From: an uncultured Aminicenantes bacterium
GTDB lineage: Bacteria; Acidobacteriota; Aminicenantia; UBA2199
DNA: 64,000 nucleotides
Reading direction: 5' to 3'
NCBI GenBank assembly: GCA_965195285.1
Contig: CBDAFS010000059.1
Coordinates: 8,866 to 72,865, forward strand
Shown here: piece by piece, positions 48,570 to 57,923 of the stretch
Numbering within the stretch: the first letter of the stretch is position 1
Layout of the letters: each line of letters starts with the position of its first letter
Position numbers and translations under genes: made by a program
The notes under the pieces: generated by a model
The model's database searches: none
Seen by the model: the letters and a program-made list of their open reading frames with translations, nothing else
What the model was told of the DNA's origin: nothing

Positions 48570-50675
48570 TTAGCGGAATACCTCAATCTCACTGATGGTC
48601 CAGATTTGTCTTCGATGTTGCCCGGTGTTGGTGATCTTGATATACCTGGCCCCGCAGGGATCTAAATCAATGGTCAGGGTGATCCGGCGGGGTGTCAGAA
48701 ATTCTGTGATGGGAATCCGGGTTCGGTTACTTGCTGCAACCAAGGTCCACTGCCGGCCCTGGCCAGAGACTTCTACCCGGTATCCCAGTGGATAGCTGCA
48801 GGGAAAGTTGGGGCTCAACCTCAGGGATACCCGTTTCAGCGGATGGGATTGACCGAGATCAATCATGAAATAATCCCCGTCTTTCTGAGGTGGGCTCTGC
48901 CACCAGGTGAGAATCTTTCCGTCCAGGGCCAGACGGGCGGTAGCGGTATTGGTGTTGGTATGTACAGTCCATCCCTGATGGGATAACGGTTGGGAAGGTG
49001 GGTCAGTGGTTTCTTTTTTTGAAACCGGGTATCCACCGGTTATTTCATACAGCCAGGCCTCTCCGTATTTGTTCAGGAAGCGAATCTGGTCTTGAAGTTG
49101 AGATAATCGAAACATCAGAGTATCGAACCGGTCCGGTCGCATTAAATTGGAGTGGAAGATAACATATTTGACTCCGAGGGTGTTCAGGTCCGTGATCAAT
49201 TCTTTGATCGGAAGATATTTCCACCTCTGCCGAATCTCATAGTAAAGTGGCGGAAAATATGAACTGCGTCCGTTAACCATTTTTTTTTGATGATAGATTG
49301 AATAATACATCCTCAGTGATTCAATTCGGGTCCTTTTAAATAATTTTTCCGGGATGGGAAATTCGATAATGGCCTCATTTTCAGCTATCTTTTTGATGTG
49401 TTGATAAACCGGGGGGATTTCACTTTTACCGGGAAGGTTGAACATGGGGATGGGGATGGATGCATACTCCAATAGGATCCCTGACCATACCAGCCCCAAG
49501 GCCAGGAATTTTTTTTTGTTTTTTAATCCGGCCAAAAGATGATGGAGCCCCTGGGCTGCCAGTACAGCCAGGGCGAACATCACCATGATGTGAAACCGCT
49601 GGGCCACTCGGACACCGTTGAATCCGGGAACATATCGATGCAAAAAGTAATAAGGCCCCTTCATGCCGAAGCCAAACAGGAAGGAACTGATCAGGATAAC
49701 TGTGTAGATCAGACGCTGGTCTTTCAGTAAATCGGGATTTCTAAGCGGTTTTTTCCAAATCACCCACAGTCCGGTCATGGCCAGGATTAAAGCCAGTATG
49801 CCGGGAAACAGGGCCCCCTCGATTTTTTGCCAGGGTTTGGTGAGTTGACCGTACAGTCGGTTGTCCGAACCCGTGGCAAGATACTGGCTCAGGGTGGCTC
49901 CGGTTGCCCCTGCTCTGAAAAAACCGATATCCTGTTGCACCCGGATATATTGATAGACAAAGGGTCCCAGGATCATAACGCTGATCAGCAGAAAGAGGCC
50001 CATCTTCATCCAGTAGCGGCCCTCCCGGTATTTTTTGTGGGTCAGGGTATGGATGAGAATGTAGAGCCCGCAGAACAGGGTCAGATACAGGGCATAATGA
50101 CCACTGGCCAGAAACTGCAGGGTGAAAAAAAGGGTGAACAGCAGTAGGTGGCGGATCTGTTCTCCATGGAAAAATTTATGCAGAAAAAGAAAGGCCAGGG
50201 GGATGCCCCCGGCGGTCAGGATCTGGAGGTGAACAAAATGAGACATCATGAATGGCGAAAAGGCAAAAATAAGGCCGGCAATGAGGCTGGCCCCGGGGCT
50301 GCCGGTCAGGTACCGGGCCAGCAGAAACATTCCCAGAGCCGATGTGAAGAACGAAAAGAGCAGGAGGAAATTATAGGTTAAAATGGGATTTTTACTGATG
50401 AGGTAGACGGGGAGGGCAAGCAGTGACTGGGTGAAATAGTGGTTGGAGTACAACAGGGTGTTTTTATAGGGGAAAAAAATGTTGGTGTCAAAATAATCCT
50501 GGAAATCCAGGTTGATGAGTTTCTCAATATTTTGGGAAATTACCCATATGTCAAAAACCGGATCCTTAAAATCCCTCACCCCGGTTTTCAGGTTGAACAG
50601 GGTGGGATGGGTCATGACCAGAGTGATGATAGCCAGGGCTAGTACCGGAATGATCAAGGATTTGGGATGTTTCAT
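48570..50675 (-). CDS. YfhO-like/GT-C polytopic membrane protein with C-terminal discoidin (F5/8 type C) domain
   Basis: NIFFPY, FAFSPF, RVAQRF, VNGRSSY; C-terminal ALDG...W...IDLG...ARYIKI...ISEIEVF. Confidence 0.7.
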   Translation of the reverse strand: MKHPKSLIIPVLALAIITLVMTHPTLFNLKTGVRDFKDPVFDIWVISQNIEKLINLDFQDYFDTNIFFPYKNTLLYSNHYFTQSLLALPVYLISKNPILTYNFLLLFSFFTSALGMFLLARYLTGSPGASLIAGLIFAFSPFMMSHFVHLQILTAGGIPLAFLFLHKFFHGEQIRHLLLFTLFFTLQFLASGHYALYLTLFCGLYILIHTLTHKKYREGRYWMKMGLFLLISVMILGPFVYQYIRVQQDIGFFRAGATGATLSQYLATGSDNRLYGQLTKPWQKIEGALFPGILALILAMTGLWVIWKKPLRNPDLLKDQRLIYTVILISSFLFGFGMKGPYYFLHRYVPGFNGVRVAQRFHIMVMFALAVLAAQGLHHLLAGLKNKKKFLALGLVWSGILLEYASIPIPMFNLPGKSEIPPVYQHIKKIAENEAIIEFPIPEKLFKRTRIESLRMYYSIYHQKKMVNGRSSYFPPLYYEIRQRWKYLPIKELITDLNTLGVKYVIFHSNLMRPDRFDTLMFRLSQLQDQIRFLNKYGEAWLYEITGGYPVSKKETTDPPSQPLSHQGWTVHTNTNTATARLALDGKILTWWQSPPQKDGDYFMIDLGQSHPLKRVSLRLSPNFPCSYPLGYRVEVSGQGRQWTLVAASNRTRIPITEFLTPRRITLTIDLDPCGARYIKITNTGQHRRQIWTISEIEVFR

Positions 50676-50721
50676 TATGAATGGTTATTGTAATATGCCA
50701 CCGGATAAAAAACAACCGGTT

Positions 50722-51363
50722 TCACAGCATGAGTGACCTGGAAGTCGGGGATTGAAAAAAATCCAGATAGGTGTCAAAAGTCTGGCGGGTAATATCCCGG
50801 GCAGAGGTGTCATCCCGGTGGAAAAAAAGGATCTGCAAGATGTTCCGGGTGCTGGAGTCCACACAGGTTCGCAAAGAATCCGAAGATGGATTTCCGAAGG
50901 CACCGTCCCGGTCTTTTAAAAAAATCTTTCCTTTCATGTGCAGGCAATCTTTACGGATGCCCTGAAACTGGTCATCATCGCTTCCCAGGGTTATGGTGAC
51001 ATCTCCCTTTATTTTGACCAGGTCATAGAGCCCGAAACATATCTGGTATTTCAGGGACAGAAAATTGGTCAGGTCGACAAAGGGATTGACCCTGGGGAAG
51101 TTGCCCTTGTTTTTCAGCCGTCTCCACAGGGCCTCTGATGAGGGCCGATGTTTGGTGGGATCAATATGGAATTCCCGGTATAGTTTTCTGGAAAAATCGA
51201 ATCCCGGTGGCATCTTCTCCCGGTGCTGTTCGAGCAGGTCGGGTAATTCCGCTTTAAGAAAATCATCCAGCCTCATGCCGGATCCGAATTCGATCTCCTG
51301 GTAGAGGTTAATCCCAGCCCGGAGCTTATCCGATAAGCGGTTGGTGAACCGGGGATCATTCAT
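50722..51363 (-). CDS. Stand-alone B3/4 domain protein (PheRS beta editing-like)
   Basis: IDPTKHRPSSEAL, VNPFVD, GLYD, GNPSSDS. Confidence 0.85.
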   Translation of the reverse strand: MNDPRFTNRLSDKLRAGINLYQEIEFGSGMRLDDFLKAELPDLLEQHREKMPPGFDFSRKLYREFHIDPTKHRPSSEALWRRLKNKGNFPRVNPFVDLTNFLSLKYQICFGLYDLVKIKGDVTITLGSDDDQFQGIRKDCLHMKGKIFLKDRDGAFGNPSSDSLRTCVDSSTRNILQILFFHRDDTSARDITRQTFDTYLDFFQSPTSRSLML

Positions 51364-51375
51364 TTTGAAAGTCTA

Positions 51376-52485
51376 TCAAGTCCGGTAATTTTTCTCGATC
51401 CAGTTGCGGTATCCACCGCTGATAATATTATTGATCCATTCCTCATTTTTCAGATACCACTGGATGGTCTTTTTCAGTCCTGAATCAAAGCTGACCCGGG
51501 GTTCCCATTTCAATTCGGTTCTGATCTTTTCAAAATTTATGGCATATCTCCGGTCATGGCCGGGGCGGTCGGAGACAAAGGTCATCAGGTCTTTATAGCT
51601 CTGGATCTTCGACTTCAAAAGTTTGACATGAAGGTTGGTCTTCAGGGGATAGAGTGTTTCCAGGGTTTCACAGATTTTTTCCACTACCTGGAGATTGGTC
51701 ATTTCACAGTCACCGCCGATATTGTAGGTCTCTCCGGATTGGCCCTGGTGGATGATGGTCCATATAGCCGAGCAGTGATCCTCAACATAGAGCCAGTCTC
51801 TGATGTTCTGGCCATCTCCGTAAATGGGCAGGGGCTTTCCCTTCCAGGCGTTCAGGGTCAATAGGGGGATCAATTTCTCCGGAAATTGGCAGGGCCCGTA
51901 ATTATTGCTGCAGTTGGACAGGGTAATCGGTAACGAATAGGTGTGAAAGTAGGCCTTTACCAGGTGGTCGGAGGCGGCCTTGGAGGCGGAATAGGGGCTC
52001 CGGGGATTGTAAGCCGTGGTTTCCAGGAAATGTCCGGTATCTCCCAGACTTCCATAAACCTCATCGGTGCTGATATGGTGAAATAGCACCTGCTTTTTCC
52101 CGGCCCAGGCTTTGCGGACCACTTCCAGCAGGGTGAAGGTACCCAGGATGTTGGATTGAATGAAATCCGAGGGTCCGAATATGGATCGATCCACATGGGA
52201 TTCGGCGGCAAAATGAATCACGGTATCGATGGGGTATTTTTCGAATATCCCCTGCATGGATGTGTGATCACTGATGTCCGCTTTTTCGTAGAAGTAGCGT
52301 TTATTACCGTACCGGAGGGCAATATCGTGCAGGTTTTCCGGATTTCCGGCATAGGTCAATTTGTCCACATTGACCACGGTACCCCTGAAACCGGATTTCT
52401 CGAAAAGGTAATGAATAAAATTGCTGCCGATAAATCCGCACCCACCTGTAACCAGAATATATTTGATCTTTCGCTTTTTGGACAT
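51376..52485 (-). CDS. rfbB: dTDP-glucose 4,6-dehydratase
   Basis: TGGCGFIG, DKLTYAGN, AAESHVDRS, STDEVYG, YSASK, DRPGHDRRY. Start approximate. Confidence 0.95.
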   Translation of the reverse strand: MSKKRKIKYILVTGGCGFIGSNFIHYLFEKSGFRGTVVNVDKLTYAGNPENLHDIALRYGNKRYFYEKADISDHTSMQGIFEKYPIDTVIHFAAESHVDRSIFGPSDFIQSNILGTFTLLEVVRKAWAGKKQVLFHHISTDEVYGSLGDTGHFLETTAYNPRSPYSASKAASDHLVKAYFHTYSLPITLSNCSNNYGPCQFPEKLIPLLTLNAWKGKPLPIYGDGQNIRDWLYVEDHCSAIWTIIHQGQSGETYNIGGDCEMTNLQVVEKICETLETLYPLKTNLHVKLLKSKIQSYKDLMTFVSDRPGHDRRYAINFEKIRTELKWEPRVSFDSGLKKTIQWYLKNEEWINNIISGGYRNWIEKNYRT

Positions 52486-52486
52486 T

Positions 52487-53374
52487 TCAGCCACAGTCCG
52501 GACCAGATCCGGAATCGACAAGATTCAGGAGATAGCGGCCGTAATCGTTGTTGTTCAGGGTTTCAGCCAATTTTCTCAGTTCTTTTTCGTTGATCCAGCC
52601 GTTTTGAAAAGCGATCTCCTCGATACAGGCGATTTTTAATCCCTGTCTTTCTTCGATGGTCTTGATAAAGCTGGAAGCATCGATCAGGGACTTATGGGTT
52701 CCGGTATCCAGCCAGGCAAATCCGCGTCCCATCAGCTCAACCTTCAGTTGATTATCCTTGAGATAAATGTTGTTGATATCGGTAATTTCAAGTTCGCCCC
52801 GGGCCGATGGTTTTAATTGTCGGGCGTACTGGATGACCCGCTTATCGTAGAAATAAAGTCCCACTACCGCCCAGTTGGATCGGGGGCGTCCCGGTTTCTC
52901 TTCTATCGAGATAGCCATTTTGTTCCGGTCAAATTCAACAATCCCGTATCGCTGCGGGTCTCTGACATTGTAGGCAAATATGACCGCGCCATCCCGGGTT
53001 CGGACCGCACGTTGCAGTATTTCGTTGATACCGTGCCCGTAAAATATATTATCCCCCAGGATTAGGCACACCTGGTCATTGTTGATAAACTCCTCTCCGA
53101 TGATAAAAGACTCTGCAATCCCCCGGGGTTCCTGCTGGGAGGCATACTGAATGGAGAGTCCCAAATGATTTCCGTCCCCGAACAATTTTTGAAATGCCGG
53201 TATGTCATGGGGAGTGGAAATGATTAAAATCTCTTTTATTCCGGCCAGCATTAATACCGATAGGGGGTAGTAAATCATGGGCTTGTCATAGATCGGTAGC
53301 AATTGTTTGCAGAGCGGTAGGGTCAACGGATATAGCCGGGTTCCATGTCCTCCGGCAAGTATAATTCCTTTCAA
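52487..53374 (-). CDS. rfbA: Glucose-1-phosphate thymidylyltransferase
   Basis: [39 protein letters not shown]; TTG start after AGGAG. Confidence 0.96.
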   Translation of the reverse strand: MKGIILAGGHGTRLYPLTLPLCKQLLPIYDKPMIYYPLSVLMLAGIKEILIISTPHDIPAFQKLFGDGNHLGLSIQYASQQEPRGIAESFIIGEEFINNDQVCLILGDNIFYGHGINEILQRAVRTRDGAVIFAYNVRDPQRYGIVEFDRNKMAISIEEKPGRPRSNWAVVGLYFYDKRVIQYARQLKPSARGELEITDINNIYLKDNQLKVELMGRGFAWLDTGTHKSLIDASSFIKTIEERQGLKIACIEEIAFQNGWINEKELRKLAETLNNNDYGRYLLNLVDSGSGPDCG

Positions 53375-53387
53375 TGCGGTTCTCCTG

Positions 53388-55214
53388 TTATTCCACCGTA
53401 ACCGATTTGGCCAGGTTCCGGGGTTTATCCACATCACAGCCCTTCTCTTTGGCAATGTAATAGGCAAACAACTGCAGGGGGATGATATTCAATATGGGCT
53501 GGAGAATGGAAAGGGTCCGGGGAACCAGGATGAGGTCATCGGAAATGTTTTTAATTTTATCTTCCCCGTCATTGGTAATGGAAAGAATTCGGCCGTTCCG
53601 GGCCCTGATTTCCTGAATGTTATTGATCATTTTGTCATAGGTGGAATCCTTGGGTACGATGGCAATGGTGGGAAAGTTTTCATCGATCAGCGATATGGGG
53701 CCGTGCTTCATTTCACCGGCCGGGTATCCTTCGGCATGGGCATAGGAAATTTCCTTGAGTTTAAGAGCTCCCTCCATGGCGGTTGGATAGTTATAAAGCC
53801 TGCCGATATACAGGAAATCTTTGAAATGGGCATAACGGAGGGCAATTTTCTCTATCTGCTTGGCATTTTCCAATATGTCTTTTACCTGATCGGGCAATTT
53901 CTTAAGGGCGGTGAGCAATTCACTGCCTTCAATAAAGGAAACGGTTTGGTAGCGGCCGATAAACAGGGCGATCAGAGTGATTATGACCAGCTGGGAGGTG
54001 TATATCTTGGTGGAAGCCACGCCGATTTCAGGCCCGGCATGGTTGTATACACCGGCATCGGTTATCTGGGCGATAGAAGTGCCTACTGCATTGACGATGC
54101 CCAGGAGCAGGGCCCCCTTTCTTTTGGCTTCTTTGATGGCGGCCAGGGTGTCAGCGGTTTCCCCGGATTGGGAAATGGCCAGCACGGCCACATCTTCATT
54201 CAGTTTCAACCGCCGGTACCTGAATTCAGAGGCCAGTTCTATTTCGATATCCAGTTCGGTCAGGGCTTCAAATATGTACCGTCCCAGCAAGCCGGCATGA
54301 TAGCTGGTACCGCAGCTGACAATGATAATCTTTTTGATATTTCTCAAACGGTCCAGGACCGGCTCCAGCCCGCCCAGTTTTGAAACGCCCTCATTGAGGA
54401 TAATCCGGCCCCGGAAGGCATTCTTAATGCTTTCGGGTTGTTCGAAAATCTCCTTGAGCATATAATGCTCGTATCCCTTTTTATCAATTTTATATTCATC
54501 TTCGTCCAGAATCTCAATCTTTTTCTCCAGTATTTCGTTTTTCATGTTTTTAATATAGAAGCGGTTGGAATTGAGAACGGCAATTTCATCATCGCTGAGA
54601 TAGACCATTTTATGGGTATAAGGTGCCAGGGCATTGGAATCGGATGCGGCAAAAAACTCGTTGTCCCCGATGCCGATGATGATAGGGCTTCCCCGTTTGA
54701 CGATAAATATCTGGTGCTTATAATCGGTATGAATAACGGCAATCCCGAAAGTTCCCACCAGACGCTCAACCGATTTGATGATAGCAACTTCCAGGTCATT
54801 TTCGTAATTGTCCTCGATCAGATGGGCAATGACTTCGGTATCGGTCTGGGACTTGAATTGATGGCCCTTGTTTTGCAGTTCCTCCTTCAGTTCCAGGTAG
54901 TTTTCAATGATTCCGTTGTGGACGATGCTGATTTTGTTGTGGCAATCGGTATGGGGGTGGGCATTTATTTCCGAGGGCTTCCCATGAGTGGCCCAGCGGG
55001 TATGGGCAATACCAAAGCTTGAATTAATCCGGGTTCCCGCAGTCTTATTCTCCAGCCGGGATACTTTTCCCACGGTTTTGATGGTAACCATCTTGTTTTT
55101 ATCCACTGTTGAAAGTCCGGCTGAATCATATCCCCGGTACTCCAGTCTTTTAAGTCCGTCTATCAAAATAGGAATGGCCTGCCTGTTTCCACAATAACTG
55201 ATAATTCCACACAT
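53388..55214 (-). CDS. glmS: Glutamine--fructose-6-phosphate transaminase
   Basis: [34 protein letters not shown]. Confidence 0.98.
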   Translation of the reverse strand: MCGIISYCGNRQAIPILIDGLKRLEYRGYDSAGLSTVDKNKMVTIKTVGKVSRLENKTAGTRINSSFGIAHTRWATHGKPSEINAHPHTDCHNKISIVHNGIIENYLELKEELQNKGHQFKSQTDTEVIAHLIEDNYENDLEVAIIKSVERLVGTFGIAVIHTDYKHQIFIVKRGSPIIIGIGDNEFFAASDSNALAPYTHKMVYLSDDEIAVLNSNRFYIKNMKNEILEKKIEILDEDEYKIDKKGYEHYMLKEIFEQPESIKNAFRGRIILNEGVSKLGGLEPVLDRLRNIKKIIIVSCGTSYHAGLLGRYIFEALTELDIEIELASEFRYRRLKLNEDVAVLAISQSGETADTLAAIKEAKRKGALLLGIVNAVGTSIAQITDAGVYNHAGPEIGVASTKIYTSQLVIITLIALFIGRYQTVSFIEGSELLTALKKLPDQVKDILENAKQIEKIALRYAHFKDFLYIGRLYNYPTAMEGALKLKEISYAHAEGYPAGEMKHGPISLIDENFPTIAIVPKDSTYDKMINNIQEIRARNGRILSITNDGEDKIKNISDDLILVPRTLSILQPILNIIPLQLFAYYIAKEKGCDVDKPRNLAKSVTVE

Positions 55215-55224
55215 GGTAATCTCC

Positions 55225-56601
55225 CTATTTAAAATGATTCAGGTCTGATTGGCCCACCGGATAAACGTTGAATCCGATTTCAAACAACTGACAGTGATTC
55301 AGTATATTGCGTCCGTCAAAGATAAAGGCCGGTTTTTTCATTGATGAATAGATTTTTTGGTAATCGAGATGCCGGTACTCCTCCCATTCGGTCATTATGG
55401 CAATGGCATGGGCACCATCGGCCGCCTGGTAGGGATCGGTTTCATAATTGATGTTATCCAGACCCGCTAAATCAATCCGGGCGTTAACCAGGGCTTTGGG
55501 ATCGGTAATGGAAATCACTGCCCGCTCTTCCAAAAGCTTCCGGGTGATAAAAATAGCGGGTGATTCCCGGGTATCCCCGGTATTGGCCTTGAAGGCAAAG
55601 CCAAAGATGGCGATTTTCTTGTCAGCCACGGTATTGAACATTTCCCGGATAATTTTTTTGAAAAACCGGCTTTGCTGGTATTCATTCATCTGTACCACCA
55701 TGTTCCAGTAATCGGCCACCTCATGAAGCCCGTAACTCCGGGAGATGTAGACCAGATTCAGGATATCCTTTTTGAAGCAGGAACCTCCGAATCCTACGCT
55801 GGCGTTGAGAAATTTTGAGCCCACCCGGGAATCGCTGCCCACCGCATAGGCGATTTCAGCAATGTTGGCATCGGTTTTTTCACACAGGGCGGAGATTGAG
55901 TTGATTGATGAAATGCGCTGGGCCAGAAAGGCGTTGGCCACCAGTTTTGATAATTCCGAAGACCAGAGATTGGTGGTGATGATTTTTTCCCGGGGGATCC
56001 AGTGGGCATAGATATCAACGATCGCCTGGGCTGCTTTGGTACCGGCAGCATCGGTGTGTGACCCGACTAAAATTCTATCCGGTTCCAGCAGGTCTTTGAT
56101 GGCGGTTCCCTCAGCTAAAAATTCAGGATTGGATACCACCTCAAATTTGAGATTGCGGTTGTTGGCTTTCAGGATCCGCTCCATGGCTTCGGCGGTTCTT
56201 ACCGGAAGGGTACTCTTCTCCACGATGATTTTGTTGTTCCGGGCGTGCTCGATGATTTGCAAGGCGGTTTTTTCCCAGTATTGAAGATCTGAGGCCATTC
56301 CGGCACCTTCACCGTAGGTTTTGGTGGGGGTGTTGACCGAAACAAATATGATATCTGCGGCTTTGATTCCGGCTTCGATTTCAGTGGTGAAAAACAGATT
56401 TTTCCCTCTGATTTTCTTGACGATTTCATCGAGCCCGGATTCAAAAATGGGCAGGGTATCCGAATTCCACTGCTTGATTCTGCCCGGGTCGATATCGACC
56501 ACGTCTACCCGGTATTCCGGACATTTCAGGGCAATAACCGACATGGTGGGTCCGCCCACATAACCGGCACCGATACACAGGATTCTCTTTTTGAATTCCA
56601 T
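55225..56601 (-). CDS. ugd: UDP-glucose 6-dehydrogenase
   Basis: GAGYVGGPT, SNPEFLAEG, GFGGSCFKKD, FDGRN. Confidence 0.95.
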   Translation of the reverse strand: MEFKKRILCIGAGYVGGPTMSVIALKCPEYRVDVVDIDPGRIKQWNSDTLPIFESGLDEIVKKIRGKNLFFTTEIEAGIKAADIIFVSVNTPTKTYGEGAGMASDLQYWEKTALQIIEHARNNKIIVEKSTLPVRTAEAMERILKANNRNLKFEVVSNPEFLAEGTAIKDLLEPDRILVGSHTDAAGTKAAQAIVDIYAHWIPREKIITTNLWSSELSKLVANAFLAQRISSINSISALCEKTDANIAEIAYAVGSDSRVGSKFLNASVGFGGSCFKKDILNLVYISRSYGLHEVADYWNMVVQMNEYQQSRFFKKIIREMFNTVADKKIAIFGFAFKANTGDTRESPAIFITRKLLEERAVISITDPKALVNARIDLAGLDNINYETDPYQAADGAHAIAIMTEWEEYRHLDYQKIYSSMKKPAFIFDGRNILNHCQLFEIGFNVYPVGQSDLNHFK

Positions 56602-56708
56602 TTCACTCCGTCAGTGTATTAAGAATTTTTTTTATTATATCATACAAATTTTAAAAAAAAATTAAAACCGGCTTAAAAACTCTTTTTTATTGAATGATGA
56701 TTCCGGAT

Positions 56709-56737
56709 TTGTTTTTTCCGTGGAAATTGGGTATAAT
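56709..56737 (+). promoter_or_regulatory. sigma70-type promoter, probably leaderless
   Basis: TTGTTT-17 nt-TATAAT ending 5 nt before ATG 56743; no SD. Confidence 0.5.
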
Positions 56738-56742
56738 GACAA

Positions 56743-57108
56743 ATGACGAAAGCATATCTTATACTGATTGTTTCCTGGCTGGTTCCCGGGGCCGGTCATT
56801 TCTTGCAAAAAAAAATAGTCAAGGGAGTGGTCTTTCTATCCGGTATTTTGTTGATGCTGACACTGGGTTTGATCATGCAGGGAAAATTTTACGGGCTCAA
56901 GCCCTTTCATCCCCTGTGGGTGCTTGGTTTTTTGGGTGACCTGGGTAACGGCATTTTTTATTTTATCATTCAACTTGTCGGGTTGGGCAAGGGATCTATT
57001 GAATCGGTTACCTTTCATTATGGTACCACCTATCTGGTGAGTGCCGGTCTTTTGAATTATCTGGTGGCCCTGAACGCATTCGATATTGCACGGGGGAAAC
57101 GAAAATGA
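56743..57108 (+). CDS. Small membrane protein, DUF6677-like
   Basis: SWLVPGAGH and AGLLNYL...AFD motifs. Confidence 0.7.
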   Translation: MTKAYLILIVSWLVPGAGHFLQKKIVKGVVFLSGILLMLTLGLIMQGKFYGLKPFHPLWVLGFLGDLGNGIFYFIIQLVGLGKGSIESVTFHYGTTYLVSAGLLNYLVALNAFDIARGKRK

Positions 57109-57278
57109 TTTTTAAGAGTCATTTTGTATCCATGATTATTTTTTCGCTCATTGTGTCTGTTTTAATGGCTTTCATCAGGTACGATGATAAGAAAGCCATT
57201 CTGCGTTATGCGCTGAAATTATTTCTGTATATGACCGGCGGGGTGATCCTGTTCAGCTGGGTCATGTATTTGTTGTAA
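57105..57278 (+). CDS. 57-aa two-TM membrane protein (below ORF-track cut-off)
   Basis: ATGA overlap with the preceding stop; MIFKSHFVSMIIFSLIVSVLMAFIRYDDKKAILRYALKLFLYMTGGVILFSWVMYLL. Confidence 0.75.
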   Translation: MIFKSHFVSMIIFSLIVSVLMAFIRYDDKKAILRYALKLFLYMTGGVILFSWVMYLL

Positions 57279-57295
57279 TTTTCAGATCGTTTCAA

Positions 57296-57859
57296 TCAAA
57301 AGGAAAACCCGAAAGCCACCAGAGCCGTAGGTCCTCCCAGGTTTATCGAGCTGTTTTCCGGTCTGATACTCAGCATGACATATTTTAATTTGACATCAAT
57401 AAAAATACTCTTTCCGAAAAAGTATTTCAGGCCGGCTTCGACAAAAAAACCGAGACTGCTTTCATCGATGGTTCCGATGGGATTTTCCTCGTTGATCAAA
57501 TAAAAACCCAACCCGACACCCAGATAGGGGCAGAAATTACTTTTGCCCATCAGGAATCGTCCGCCGGCTTCTATGGGAATGATGGTAATGGTGGTTTCTT
57601 CATCGGTTATGGTTAAGTTTCCCTTGGCTGTTAAAAAATCGGTATGCAGGAAAACTTCGAAAGACCTGGTAAATCGGAATCCGATATCCAGGCAAAAGGT
57701 CAAATTCACCAGGTTATAGACATCGTCGGTATCTCCGGAAAAATTTCTTACCCCTGCACCCAGGGCTATAGAGAACTTGTTGGTGTTCGCTGAGGTTGGT
57801 TTGGCCTGGACCAAACCGATTCCCAGTAAGAGAATCAATAGAAAAGTGGCTTTTTTCAT
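57296..57859 (-). CDS. Small outer-membrane beta-barrel (OmpW/porin-family-like)
   Basis: Signal peptide, PYLGVGLG, terminal Phe; SD GGAGG. Confidence 0.8.
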   Translation of the reverse strand: MKKATFLLILLLGIGLVQAKPTSANTNKFSIALGAGVRNFSGDTDDVYNLVNLTFCLDIGFRFTRSFEVFLHTDFLTAKGNLTITDEETTITIIPIEAGGRFLMGKSNFCPYLGVGLGFYLINEENPIGTIDESSLGFFVEAGLKYFFGKSIFIDVKLKYVMLSIRPENSSINLGGPTALVAFGFSF

Positions 57860-57923
57860 CTTGCCTCCATTTTAGCAATTAAATAATATCTGATGATACG
57901 AGTAAGCGATCATTTTATTTATT

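Noticed and set aside
53307-54383. 358-aa ORF antisense to glmS
   Set aside because: Lies opposite a highly conserved gene, with no motifs or SD; a typical shadow ORF. The same applies to 54438..55022 and 62552..63205.
55214-55225. glmS ribozyme
   Set aside because: glmS starts 10 nt after the ugd stop, leaving no leader.
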